A stretch of DNA of 64,000 nucleotides from Thermodesulfobacteriota bacterium (GCA_049320885.1 JBMORA010000046.1:1-64000), one strand, 5' to 3'. Numbered from the stretch's first letter, positions 20,506-30,285 are shown. Notes: a model not told the origin generated them from the letters alone. A program made the numbers and translations.

Positions 20506-21270
20506 ATGTCCACTTGGATTACCGCCGGTATCGGGAATACAAAGGGCCGGGGAAAAGCAACCGGAGACGGGTTCCCCGGCCAGCCGGAAAGCACCCTCTC
20601 CGGGATCAACCGGGAGCTTGACCGGGCCGTCAGCCCCTTCGCCTTGAACGAAGCCATGGTCGAGGACTGGCTGGATCGGATCGATGCCTGGATCGATCCC
20701 GCCACCCCCGCCTACTGGCTGATGCTCGCCAGACTCCACGAGGCGGCCTTGTTGACCGCCGGTAATTACGCGGACAACGGTGAATTTCCCGCCGCCGGGG
20801 ATCTGCTGTTCAATCCGCGCCGGATCATGGCGTATTTCAAAAACAGTCCCCAACCGGTGGCAAAAAACCGCCGTGGCGCGATTTCCGCGCAGTTCAATTC
20901 TTCCGGCGCGCCCCGTAGCGACTTCATCGCCTGGTTCAGGCAACATGCCATCCTGCGGGAAACCCACCCGCCCCTATTGCCGTTCCTCCATGGAAAAATT
21001 TCAGAATCCGGAAAAATCCGAACGGAATATCTGGACAGCGGCTATGCCCGGATGCAAAAAATCGCCGCCACCATCTCCTTTCTGGGAGCCTGGGGGGTTT
21101 CCCGCTTCGAAACCCTGGTGGAACGCCGTCAAACCTGCGACCGGGAGACCCGGCGTTTTGCCGAATCCCAGCTGTGCCGCTTCGATACCGGGGACTATTT
21201 CCGCATGGGCGAGGAAATCCGACAAATAGAAGAAAATCGAACGATTTGCAGCCGATTTTTGGCGGCTTGA
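20506..21270 (+). CDS. Hypothetical protein
   Basis: 254-aa ORF with GGGGGA RBS-like sequence, 14 bp after the ALDH stop; no motif recognised. Confidence 0.6.
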   Translation: MSTWITAGIGNTKGRGKATGDGFPGQPESTLSGINRELDRAVSPFALNEAMVEDWLDRIDAWIDPATPAYWLMLARLHEAALLTAGNYADNGEFPAAGDLLFNPRRIMAYFKNSPQPVAKNRRGAISAQFNSSGAPRSDFIAWFRQHAILRETHPPLLPFLHGKISESGKIRTEYLDSGYARMQKIAATISFLGAWGVSRFETLVERRQTCDRETRRFAESQLCRFDTGDYFRMGEEIRQIEENRTICSRFLAA

Positions 21271-21348
21271 CATCAGCCGTGAAAACCGTGGGGCCGCGTT
21301 GGAAAGGCTGCCCAGCAGACCCGCTCCTGCCCATGGGGCCGGGAGACG

Positions 21349-22392
21349 TCAGTTCCTGCCGTAGAACCGCGGTCTTTCAAACCGGAAAAATGCATCTTTT
21401 TCCTCGAGGGCGATGGTTCCCGCCTCGTCCTGGAAATACTTCTCCCGCAGCGCCTTCAACTGCTCTTCCTGGTCCGGCCCCTGGTATTCCGCGACGATCT
21501 GCCGGCGCTCCTCCATGTATTTCAATCCCACATCCCATCGCTGGTTGCGGTCCGCGTCCCGTTTTTCCATTTCCTCGATTTGATTTTCCGTAAATCCCAT
21601 CTCCCGGCGGATTCTGTTGATGGCCATCTGGCGCTGATCCGGATCCATCTGCTTGAGTTCATCCTGGACGGAATCGATGCTGAAGAACACCTTGGCCAGG
21701 ATCGGTTTCTGGGAAAGAAGATATTCCTCCGGCGAGTTTTCGTAGGTTTCTTTCAGGGTATCCTGGTAGACTTGGAGTTTTTCTTCCATGGAGGTATCCC
21801 GGGATTCATTCAGAAAAGCAAGGGCGTCCTGCACTTTTTCCTTTCTCGTTTCCGTGGCCAGCATTTCGTCCGACCATATTTCCTCCGCATCGTCGCCGAA
21901 CAGTTCCCGTCTCTTTTCCCATAAGACGGCCATTTTTTCCGCCTCGGTCATTTGGTCAAGCCGGGCCTGGTTCGCGGCAAGCCAGCGGTTATACCCGTCG
22001 AGTTTGTCCAGGGTGGCGATGATGTCATCGGCCTGGTTCGGAAAGGCCCGCTTCAGCAGATTGTTGAAAAACGCCTTTCCGTCCGGCCGTGAACCCATGA
22101 TGGAATTGCGGATATCGTATAGGCTCGCCTGGGTGCTTTTTTTCGCTATCGAACCGCCGTAATATTTCCTCAGTTCCCTGACAAACTGATCTTCGATGGG
22201 CGTTGCCGCCGGATCGACCGTATCCGTAACGGAATCCTGAGCCACCTCCGGAGTCTTGGCGACCGGTTCCCCGGCAGGGGAAGTGACGCCGGGAGTCCAC
22301 GTTTTTTCAGGGTCCCTGATCATGAATATACCGCCTATACCGATGAACAGCACCAGAGCGATAATGCCGATGGAGATCAAGACAGGTTTCAT
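21349..22392 (-). CDS. Lipase chaperone (Lif)-like membrane-anchored helical protein
   Basis: N-terminal TM anchor, Pro/Thr-rich linker, helical WEKRRELFGDDAEEIW and EEQLKALREKYF patterns like lipase foldases. Confidence 0.6.
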   Translation of the reverse strand: MKPVLISIGIIALVLFIGIGGIFMIRDPEKTWTPGVTSPAGEPVAKTPEVAQDSVTDTVDPAATPIEDQFVRELRKYYGGSIAKKSTQASLYDIRNSIMGSRPDGKAFFNNLLKRAFPNQADDIIATLDKLDGYNRWLAANQARLDQMTEAEKMAVLWEKRRELFGDDAEEIWSDEMLATETRKEKVQDALAFLNESRDTSMEEKLQVYQDTLKETYENSPEEYLLSQKPILAKVFFSIDSVQDELKQMDPDQRQMAINRIRREMGFTENQIEEMEKRDADRNQRWDVGLKYMEERRQIVAEYQGPDQEEQLKALREKYFQDEAGTIALEEKDAFFRFERPRFYGRN

Positions 22393-22479
22393 GTTGTTAT
22401 CCATTCCCAAGGCCGCACTTCATTATGGAGCATTCGCTGCTTCCCATATTGTATCGCGCTCCACCCGAAATGAAAGCAT

Positions 22480-22529
22480 AAAAAAGGGTCATCGGGGAAT
22501 TTTTTCACACCGCCCCGTGACCCTCTTTT
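22480..22529 (-). terminator. Intrinsic terminator-like hairpin downstream of SGNH gene
   Basis: AAAAAAGGGTCA.CGGGG ... CCCCGTGACCCTCTTTT inverted repeat with a U-tract on the minus strand. Confidence 0.55.
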
Positions 22530-22618
22530 GTTTCAATCGGTTCGACGATACCTCCGGTTCTTTTTCTCAAAACCGGCCGGCGGTGTCCCGACCGCCGGTA
22601 AAACCATCATTACCGCCC

Positions 22619-23359
22619 TTACAGTTTCGGCTGGAGCTTGGCCCAGACCAGGCTGGCCAGCTTATACGAGCCTGAATTGGTGGGGTGAATCCCGTCAATG
22701 ATAATGTCGGAATTCGTGAAAACAGGCCGCGGATCGATGAACACGCGATAATTGGGCGCTGCCGTGGCGTTGGCGACAGCCTGGGCCAGCTTGGTGTCGC
22801 CGTAGTCCACCGCCTGGTTCAGCGAGGTGCTGCCGATGAGGCCGTTTTTCACGCGATAGTATCCCTGGAAAATAATATTCTGCACGCCTTCGCGTCCCAT
22901 CTGGTTCAGGAGATCCACGGTATCGACATAAACGTCATTGATCAACGATTTGCAGGAAGACGAGAGACCGCTTTCCCACCAATCCACCTTGCAGTTATAG
23001 GGATCGAATGCCGTGGCCGGAATCAGAATGTCATTGCCGCCGCCGTCCATGAAAATGGTCCTGATAGTGGGATTGTCGCTCTTGGCGGTGGCATATTGAC
23101 TGCCCACATCGGGCGCCAGAATGCCGCCTTCGATTTCAGCCCCGGAAGTGGCATATCGCCGGAAGGTCTGGCCAGCCCAGCTGTGCAGATAATTGCTTTC
23201 CTCGCCGGACAAGGCGAATATGGAATCCCCTAAATTCACCACATCGTTGCGGGTCGCGTTCCGGATCCAGGGCACGCTCGCCATGAATCCGCAGGCGGAG
23301 ATCAATACACTTAACACCAGCACGCCGATACATAAAGATTTACCCGATACGCCTCTCAT
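22619..23359 (-). CDS. SGNH/GDSL hydrolase, probable lipoprotein
   Basis: Block I LGDSIF, block III GGGNDIL, block V DGIHP; lipobox-like ISAC. Confidence 0.85.
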   Translation of the reverse strand: MRGVSGKSLCIGVLVLSVLISACGFMASVPWIRNATRNDVVNLGDSIFALSGEESNYLHSWAGQTFRRYATSGAEIEGGILAPDVGSQYATAKSDNPTIRTIFMDGGGNDILIPATAFDPYNCKVDWWESGLSSSCKSLINDVYVDTVDLLNQMGREGVQNIIFQGYYRVKNGLIGSTSLNQAVDYGDTKLAQAVANATAAPNYRVFIDPRPVFTNSDIIIDGIHPTNSGSYKLASLVWAKLQPKL

Positions 23360-23566
23360 TTGCTGCCCTCCCCTTTCGTTTGCATGCCATTGGTTGATGG
23401 ATGAAAAACCCGATTCCGGCGGTCGCCGGAATGACCGAACCCGGAAAATTCCTATTTTTTCGAGATGGTCACACTTGTTTTTTTAAAAAAACTTTGTTCG
23501 GAAGACAATACAGGTTTTTCCAGGGTAAAATACGGGGGAAAAACCCGTATTGTCCATGGCGGTCCA

Positions 23567-23582
23567 TGGCATGTTTTATGCT
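23567..23582 (+). promoter_or_regulatory. Putative sigma-54 promoter
   Basis: TGGCATGTTTTATGCT (GG-N10-GC); palindrome AATACGGG-N7-CCCGTATT at 23529-23551 just upstream. Confidence 0.55.
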
Positions 23583-23734
23583 TTTAGAATTCCGGAGCAC
23601 CAGGGAACGGGGGCACCGGATTCAGAAGTCACGGACAACTGCCGATGAAATGGATGGACGCAGCCTAAACCCGTCCCGATTTAGGAGGGGGAACTGGAAG
23701 GCTCTGGTACAACCTCTTGGGAGTAAGGAGGCAT

Positions 23735-24286
23735 ATGGGCCAATTGCTTCAGTTTTCGGACTATCGGGAGGAAAGAAGATCCAAGAACGGCACCCCGGAT
23801 TTGGCCACCCTGCTGCGGCAGGCGGTGATGCTCCGGAAAAACCGGGATGAGAACCGCCACGGAATCCAGATCACCGGTTTCCACAAACTGAAATCCTTGT
23901 TCGAGGCCGGGATCGCCGACATCCTGATCCGCCGCCGGTATGTGGGCTCGGATTTTTTCCTGTGCGGCAATTACATATCCACCCTGCTCAGCGATATCGT
24001 CCACGACATCCCCAGAAGCTGGTTCGTCATCGATTTCATCCTGGAAAGCGTTGAAAGCGGCGATCCGCTGCGGATAAAGGAAGGCGCCAATGTCTGTTTT
24101 CTGATCTGCTCGGTTTTCCGGGAACGGAGCGAACTGCGGGCCATGCGCTATGAAGATTATGAAAAAATGGGCATGGGTCTGTTTCACCAGTATTATGACC
24201 GGACCGGGGCGGAGATCGGGTACCACATGAGCCGGCAGTATCGCATCATGGTGACCGTCACGGACGAATGCATACGGACAATTTGA
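23735..24286 (+). CDS. Hypothetical protein
   Basis: Strong AAGGAGG RBS before ATG 23735; 183 aa; no motif recognised. Confidence 0.75.
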   Translation: MGQLLQFSDYREERRSKNGTPDLATLLRQAVMLRKNRDENRHGIQITGFHKLKSLFEAGIADILIRRRYVGSDFFLCGNYISTLLSDIVHDIPRSWFVIDFILESVESGDPLRIKEGANVCFLICSVFRERSELRAMRYEDYEKMGMGLFHQYYDRTGAEIGYHMSRQYRIMVTVTDECIRTI

Positions 24287-24294
24287 AGGCGCCG

Positions 24295-25062
24295 CTACTC
24301 CTTGGATCTATCGGCCCAATAGCCCGTCAGCCATTTGGGGGAATCGGTCATCAGCACATCGGCGCCGCAGCCCAGGGCATGCTCCGTTTGGGAGGGGTTG
24401 TTGCAGGAATAGGTCATCACCCGGCAGCCGCGATCATGGGCGAACGCGCTGAATCCGGGGGTCAACACCCCGACGAAAGCGCAAACACCGTATAGATATT
24501 CGGGGAATTCCGTGGACAGGCTCCCGCCTTCCGGGGGATCTTCCAGGTTGAGCACATATCGGTGGCGCGGCGCCCGCCTGGCGCAATAATCCAGCAATTC
24601 GCGGTCAAAGGAAAGAATGGCGTGCCGTTCCAGATGAACGGCGGGGACACATGCTTCCATCAGCCGCAATACATGATCGGCCAAGCGCCGAAAACGGTCG
24701 TTTTCGCGGTCCCCGGGATAGGATTTGATTTCGATCATCAATTGTTGTCGGGTCCCATGGTCCCTCAGCATATCCTCCAGGGTCAGAAGCGGCTCCCCCC
24801 TGAACCCCGGTCCGAACCAGCCGCCCCAATCCATGCGGCCCAGGTCCTCCATATCATAATCACCCAGCGGTCTGGATTCACCGTTGATGCGGCGCATGGT
24901 CGCGTCATGGAAAATCACCGGCACCCCGTCCCGGGACAACTGCACGTCGAATTCAAATCCATGCACCGGATACCGGCAAGCGGCCTCAAAAGCGGCACGG
25001 GTGTTTTCCGGAGCTTCATCCATGGCACCCCGGTGGGCGATGAGAATCGGGCTGGGCTTCAT
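24295..25062 (-). CDS. Glycerophosphodiester phosphodiesterase
   Basis: IAHRGA..APENT, FEFDVQLSRDGVPVIFHD, MIEIK, ADVLMTDSP. Confidence 0.92.
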   Translation of the reverse strand: MKPSPILIAHRGAMDEAPENTRAAFEAACRYPVHGFEFDVQLSRDGVPVIFHDATMRRINGESRPLGDYDMEDLGRMDWGGWFGPGFRGEPLLTLEDMLRDHGTRQQLMIEIKSYPGDRENDRFRRLADHVLRLMEACVPAVHLERHAILSFDRELLDYCARRAPRHRYVLNLEDPPEGGSLSTEFPEYLYGVCAFVGVLTPGFSAFAHDRGCRVMTYSCNNPSQTEHALGCGADVLMTDSPKWLTGYWADRSKE

Positions 25063-25090
25063 TGCGGTGCGCTCCCGGATGCCATCGGTT

Positions 25091-25783
25091 TCAGGAATCA
25101 AACAAATATTCCAAGGAATTCAGGCCGTCGCCGATTTCAACCGTCAGCATCTGGGCCAGGGCGTTGAGGATGATGATGGCGTTTTTGTCCGCATCCTTTC
25201 CGGCCACATCCTCGGTGCGCTTCAGAATGCCGTGGTTGACCTCCTGGACCCTGGCATAATGATCATCCAGCTTGGTGAGTTCCAGGTCGGGGGTATGCCC
25301 CTTTTTATGCTCAAAATACTGGCGCAGCAGGTAAATGGAGGTGGAACGGAAGACGGTTTCGTCGATGGTGGAAAACGGCAGATGGAAACGGGCCATGGGC
25401 TTAAAAAAATTCATCACCGGGCAGTTGCTGGTGGCCATGATGATGCCGAAAATGGAAAACAGGCCTTCCTGAATCGCCGTTTGCTTCAAATAGGTTCTCT
25501 CCGGGGTGACCACTTTCACCAGGCAGCTGTCCGAGGAAATGGCATCCTTGAATTCATTCACCAGGCCCGCGATATTGACGGCAATGGGACAGTCCGGGTG
25601 GGTGGAGGGCGAAAGCGGGCAGCAGGAACACTGGTGATGTTCGAGTCTGGTCCAGGCCGGTTTCGGGCCTGTATCCGGCAATCGTACCGTAATGGTTTGC
25701 GCATCCAGGGACAATTCGAAATTCTTGGTGCTTCCGTCATCAAAACGGAACTCGTATTGAAATGTATGGGGCAGTTCGGCCAT
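25091..25783 (-). CDS. DUF6901-like protein with Cys cluster
   Basis: WTRLEHHQCSCCPL....CPIA and GIIMATSNCP..F.KPMARFHLPFST. Confidence 0.7.
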   Translation of the reverse strand: MAELPHTFQYEFRFDDGSTKNFELSLDAQTITVRLPDTGPKPAWTRLEHHQCSCCPLSPSTHPDCPIAVNIAGLVNEFKDAISSDSCLVKVVTPERTYLKQTAIQEGLFSIFGIIMATSNCPVMNFFKPMARFHLPFSTIDETVFRSTSIYLLRQYFEHKKGHTPDLELTKLDDHYARVQEVNHGILKRTEDVAGKDADKNAIIILNALAQMLTVEIGDGLNSLEYLFDS

Positions 25784-25855
25784 TCTCCCTCTCTTTGCTG
25801 GTTACTTTCGAATCCAACTTATATGGAAATATGGCAGCAGTGTCAACCCAGGCAT

Positions 25856-27451
25856 TCAAACCGCCCCATTCCCGGCGATCTGCAGGGCCCGCCGGTGAAT
25901 GCGGTCCCGTTTTTCCCGCAGCTGCCTGGTCATGCCGATGGCATTCTGGTTTTCATGGATTTCCCGGGTGAAATCCGGACCGAGTTTCCTACGGGTATCC
26001 CTACTCCGGCTGATCCCTTCCTGCACGGCCCTGGAATGGGTCAGGTCGCCCGGGTCATAGGCCGGATCGAAATAGGGGTCGCCGGGACGGGAAAGCCCGT
26101 CATACAAGGTCTTGCCCACGGACCGGTATCCGGCGGGCGGCGGCTCGTCCGCGCAACCGATCATGAAAACCCCGGTTTCGGCATTCACGAACCAGTCGAT
26201 CAGCCCCGGCAGGGATTGTTTCATTTTGTCATCCAGACAGATCTTCATGGTCTCGACGACATTTTCCGGGGCCTCCGGAGAGGCGTCATGGAAATAACAG
26301 GCTTTGTAGGCCGTCTCCAGGGCCCGACGGTGGCCGATGAAGGCGCTGCCGGCGCCATACAGCGTCCGGTCTTCCGCAAGCCCGTACTGTTTTCGCAGAC
26401 GTTCCGCCTTCAACACATCCTCCGGCCGGTAGTTGTCCTCCAGCACGATTTTGATCTCCCGGCCCTGGTCCTGAAGCACGGTCAGATCATGCATGCCCAG
26501 TTTCAAGGTGTCGCCGCTGTCCGGACGTTCGGCAAAGGGTTGTGGATAGCCTTCCTCGATGACCTCCTGCAGCTCCTGGAAGCCGAGCTCATGCCGGTAG
26601 ACATCCAGGAGCACGGTGCTGTAAGGCCCCAGCGGGGAACCCAGCAGCACCCGCAGGGCTTCCTTGAGGGTGTCGAATTGCTGATAATAGCAATGCCCGG
26701 TGGTGCCGGACGGTTTGAAAGGAGCGCCGTTGACAAAGGCGCCCAGATCGTTGGAGGTTGAGATGATCCCTCCGCCGATGAGGATGGCCAGCAGGACGTC
26801 ATCCGCCTCTTCCTTGTTGTGCAGGGCCCGGAACATGACATCGATGAACCGCCACGGATCTCCCAGGATCGTTGCGAACTGCGCGGCGATGGTGGCGATA
26901 TGGGACAGATGACCGATCTGGATGTACAAGGGCTCGTTCAGCCAGACCGCCGGGGTTTCGCCGGAAATCTGGGCCATGGGAAACGGGACCCCCGTGAAGG
27001 TGACGCCTTCACCCGGATATTCGATCCGCAGCGGCAGATATCCGTCGAAATCCTCCACCACATGATACCAGTACTCCTTGTTGAACTGCCGGGGAAACTG
27101 GTTGTGATGACCGGCAAGGTAATCCGCCACCAGATCCACTTCTTCCCGGGTGATCCGATGGCTCAGAAACTCCAGCCATTTCCAATAACCGGCCCCCACG
27201 GTAAAGCCGCCGATCTGCTTCCGGACGACGACATGCTGAGCGGCATACCGCTTGCAGGGCAACCTGGCCATGAAATGCTCATAATTGTCGCTCAGCACCA
27301 GGGGCATCATGCCGCCCACAAGCTTTTTCAGCCACTGGTCCAGTTTCTGGAATTCCCTGAATGCCGTCGGCAGCCTTTCCAGACCCTCCAGTTCGAGCAG
27401 TTTTTGGATTCTCAGGCGGTTTCTTGCGCCGTATTCGCGGTAGGTTTTCAT
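25856..27451 (-). CDS. Divergent type II phosphoribosyltransferase (nicotinate/nicotinamide PRTase-like)
   Basis: LSDNYE, STSND, GTTGH, LLDVY, RPDSGD, YGAGS, AYKA, KQSLPG occur in NAPRT/NAMPT motif order. Confidence 0.8.
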   Translation of the reverse strand: MKTYREYGARNRLRIQKLLELEGLERLPTAFREFQKLDQWLKKLVGGMMPLVLSDNYEHFMARLPCKRYAAQHVVVRKQIGGFTVGAGYWKWLEFLSHRITREEVDLVADYLAGHHNQFPRQFNKEYWYHVVEDFDGYLPLRIEYPGEGVTFTGVPFPMAQISGETPAVWLNEPLYIQIGHLSHIATIAAQFATILGDPWRFIDVMFRALHNKEEADDVLLAILIGGGIISTSNDLGAFVNGAPFKPSGTTGHCYYQQFDTLKEALRVLLGSPLGPYSTVLLDVYRHELGFQELQEVIEEGYPQPFAERPDSGDTLKLGMHDLTVLQDQGREIKIVLEDNYRPEDVLKAERLRKQYGLAEDRTLYGAGSAFIGHRRALETAYKACYFHDASPEAPENVVETMKICLDDKMKQSLPGLIDWFVNAETGVFMIGCADEPPPAGYRSVGKTLYDGLSRPGDPYFDPAYDPGDLTHSRAVQEGISRSRDTRRKLGPDFTREIHENQNAIGMTRQLREKRDRIHRRALQIAGNGAV

Positions 27452-27454
27452 ATT

Positions 27455-28237
27455 TCATTCCTCAACTTGCGGCGGGCCATCGATATCCGCCAGGCAGGGA
27501 AAATGATCCGACGGATACCGGCCATGACGCGAATCCCGGATGATGCGGGCATTCCTGACCGCAAACGAGGAATCGACCAAAATCCAGTCCATTCTGGCAA
27601 TCCCGGGCTTTCCGGTAAAACCGTGGTGCGTAAAACTCTCGCCGTCGTCACAGCCCGCCGCCGCCTGCCAGGTATCCAGCAGACGTGTCCGCGGCACAGT
27701 GAGCACCGCATGCACCCTGGATTTGGGATCATCGTTGAAATCTCCCAGCAGGATGACGGGCCGCGGCTGTTGTTCCACCCAGTCCGCTATGATCCGCGCC
27801 TGTTGGTATCTCGCCTCAACCCCCATATGATCCAGATGCGTGACCGCCGCGGTCATGCGGCGGCCCGTGGCCGGCATAAGGATGTCCGCATGGCTGAGCA
27901 TGCGGGGGAAGGCGCTGTCCCAGTCCTTGCTCAGATGCACATCCGGTGTTTTCGATAACCAGAAATCCTTCCCGCCTTCCGGGATGATCGCTGCTTTTTG
28001 AAAAAACAGCGTCGGACATTGGATGAAATCGTCCGGCTCACGGCCTGGAAGAAAAGCGTCATAGGTCACCAGATGGTCACACAAATACCGGATCTGGGAC
28101 CACTTGCCTTCCTGGGTTCCCAGGATATCCGGCTGATAACGTTGAATAACATCAACAACCATTTCCTTTCGGCGGGTCCAGGAATTGTCCCCGTCCCGGT
28201 CGTTTTCAAACCGCAGGTTGAATGTCATCAGTCGCAT
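27455..28237 (-). CDS. Endonuclease/exonuclease/phosphatase (EEP) family protein
   Basis: MTFNLR, ILGTQE, THLDH, LLGDFN, MDWILV, PSDHFP. Confidence 0.92.
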   Translation of the reverse strand: MRLMTFNLRFENDRDGDNSWTRRKEMVVDVIQRYQPDILGTQEGKWSQIRYLCDHLVTYDAFLPGREPDDFIQCPTLFFQKAAIIPEGGKDFWLSKTPDVHLSKDWDSAFPRMLSHADILMPATGRRMTAAVTHLDHMGVEARYQQARIIADWVEQQPRPVILLGDFNDDPKSRVHAVLTVPRTRLLDTWQAAAGCDDGESFTHHGFTGKPGIARMDWILVDSSFAVRNARIIRDSRHGRYPSDHFPCLADIDGPPQVEE

Positions 28238-28286
28238 GATCTCACTCGATATTCCTCATACACAATATATAGACATGTTTTCACGC

Positions 28287-28315
28287 TTGACACACAAGAT
28301 GTCTTTCCTTATATT
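28287..28315 (+). promoter_or_regulatory. Sigma-70 promoter of minCDE
   Basis: TTGACA-N17-TATATT. Confidence 0.7.
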
Positions 28316-28400
28316 CATCGCAATTCGGCTCCCCGCTGTGCGACAGTGCAATCAGCCCATGGCTGAGATGGCAATTCACCAGGGAATGTATTAAATTTAA

Positions 28401-29093
28401 ATGACTGAAATAATTGCAAATAAAAAGATAGCGAAGTTGAAGGGGGTGGGCGACGGGCTCCGGGTGGTGATCGACCCTTCCCAGACAGTTGAATCGCTGC
28501 AACAGGAATTGAATCATATTTTCAAGCCCCTTCACCATCTTTCCATAAACGCCAGCGTCATTATCGATTCGGATGACGGTGCTGTCAATGAAGATTTGGT
28601 AAAGACCCTGGGAACATACTTAAAGGAAAACTTTAAGGTCGGCTCCGTTTCCGGGTTGCCGCCGAAACCATCCGCGAGAAAGGCAAGAATACGGCAAAAA
28701 GAAATGGAAACCTGCTGGAACAACAATCGCAGCGATGTTCTCATGATGACGGGTCGTGTCCGCTCCGGACAAAAAATCACCGCCAAAAGCCATCTGGTGC
28801 TGATGGGTGATGTCAACCCCGGGGGGGAGATGGTGGCCGGAGGGGATATCATTGTTCTGGGAAGTCTGCGCGGGATTGCCGCGGCCGGCCAACCGGACCA
28901 GGACCAGGCCATTATTTTCGCATTGGATTTTCGTCCGACCCAGATCCAGATCGGGCTGCGGGTGGCGGCCGGCATGCCCACCACCGCCAAACAAAAACCG
29001 GAATTCGCCCATGTGGAAAACAGCGCCATTGTCGTGGATGATTATCTGGAAGCCACCCCGTTCAGCAAACTGCCATGGCCGGAAAGAAGATAA
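28401..29093 (+). CDS. minC: Septum site-determining protein MinC
   Basis: VRSGQKI, MGDVNPGGEMVAGGDIIVLGSLRGIAAAG. Confidence 0.93.
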   Translation: MTEIIANKKIAKLKGVGDGLRVVIDPSQTVESLQQELNHIFKPLHHLSINASVIIDSDDGAVNEDLVKTLGTYLKENFKVGSVSGLPPKPSARKARIRQKEMETCWNNNRSDVLMMTGRVRSGQKITAKSHLVLMGDVNPGGEMVAGGDIIVLGSLRGIAAAGQPDQDQAIIFALDFRPTQIQIGLRVAAGMPTTAKQKPEFAHVENSAIVVDDYLEATPFSKLPWPERR

Positions 29094-29161
29094 GGACTCC
29101 GGAGCAATATACTCTGTCTGGAATGATTGTTTCCATAAATCGAATGAAGATGAGGTGAACC

Positions 29162-29965
29162 GTGAACGGAAAAACCATCGTGATCACATCGGGAAAGGGA
29201 GGCGTTGGTAAATCCACGGCGACTGCGAACATCGGCGCCGCATTGGCCATGGAAGGCAAACGCGTTGCAGTGATCGATATGGATATCGGCCTGCGAAATC
29301 TGGATGTGCTGCTGGGTCTTGAGAATCGGATCGTGTACACGGTGGTGGACGCCGCCAAGGGACGATGCAAGATCAAACAGGCCGCCATCAAGGACAAAAA
29401 AATCGAAAACCTGTTTCTGATCCCCGCCTCCCAGAGCGACAACAAGGATGTGCTGTCCACGGCGGAAATCACCGCCCTCTGCGATAAACTCCGGAAGGAA
29501 TTCGATTTCATCCTGTTGGATTGTCCGGCCGGAATCGAACGCGGGTTTGAGAATTCCGTGGCGGCGGCGGATGAAGCGGTGGTGATCTGCACCCCCGAGG
29601 TATCGTCGGTCCGGGACGCGGACCGCGTCATCGGCCTGCTCTACTCGCGCTCCATCAACCCGAAGCTGGTTGTCAACCGTATCGTACCGGAAATGGTTGA
29701 AAAAGGAGATATGCTGAGCCATGAAGACGTCGTGGACATTCTCTCCATCGATCTCATCGGCCTGGTTCCATTGGATGAAAAGGTGGTTATCTCCACCAAC
29801 ACCGGAGTGCCGCTGGTGACCCAAAAAGATTCGAAGGCCGGTGATGCCCTGAGACGGATCGCGCTCCGCCTGAACGGACAACCGGATCTTCCCATTCAAA
29901 TTCCCACGGTGAAAAAAAGTTTCTGGAAAACCAAGATCTCTTTTAATTTCGGTGGGAAAAAATAA
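29162..29965 (+). CDS. minD: Septum site-determining protein MinD
   Basis: TSGKGGVGKST, DIGLRNLD, DCPAGIERGF, SSVRDADR; GTG start. Confidence 0.97.
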   Translation: MNGKTIVITSGKGGVGKSTATANIGAALAMEGKRVAVIDMDIGLRNLDVLLGLENRIVYTVVDAAKGRCKIKQAAIKDKKIENLFLIPASQSDNKDVLSTAEITALCDKLRKEFDFILLDCPAGIERGFENSVAAADEAVVICTPEVSSVRDADRVIGLLYSRSINPKLVVNRIVPEMVEKGDMLSHEDVVDILSIDLIGLVPLDEKVVISTNTGVPLVTQKDSKAGDALRRIALRLNGQPDLPIQIPTVKKSFWKTKISFNFGGKK

Positions 29966-29974
29966 GGAGACCCG

Positions 29975-30271
29975 ATGCTGAATGGATTTTTCGATCGCTT
30001 CATAGGAAAACATAAAAGCAAGGATATTGCGAAAAAAAGACTCCAGTTCGCCCTGATCTACGACAAACTGGATATTTCCGAAGATATCCTCTCCAACCTC
30101 CAGAAGGATATCATCGAAGTGGTGTCGCGCTACTTCATCATCGACACAAAATCGCTGACCCTGGATATTCAGCGGGAGCAGAATCTCTCCGCCCTGGTGG
30201 TCAACACGCCGATCATCCGGGCGGTCAGAAGGGACGGTAAAGCCGGAGCCAAAGGCAAGGACCTGAAATAA
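29975..30271 (+). CDS. minE: Cell division topological specificity factor MinE
   Basis: [28 protein letters not shown]; follows minD. Confidence 0.93.
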   Translation: MLNGFFDRFIGKHKSKDIAKKRLQFALIYDKLDISEDILSNLQKDIIEVVSRYFIIDTKSLTLDIQREQNLSALVVNTPIIRAVRRDGKAGAKGKDLK

Positions 30272-30285
30272 GCCATCCCGTACCA

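Noticed and set aside
24884..26761. 625-aa plus-strand ORF
   Set aside because: Antisense shadow of the GDPD/DUF6901/PRTase genes; no motifs; expected in GC-rich DNA
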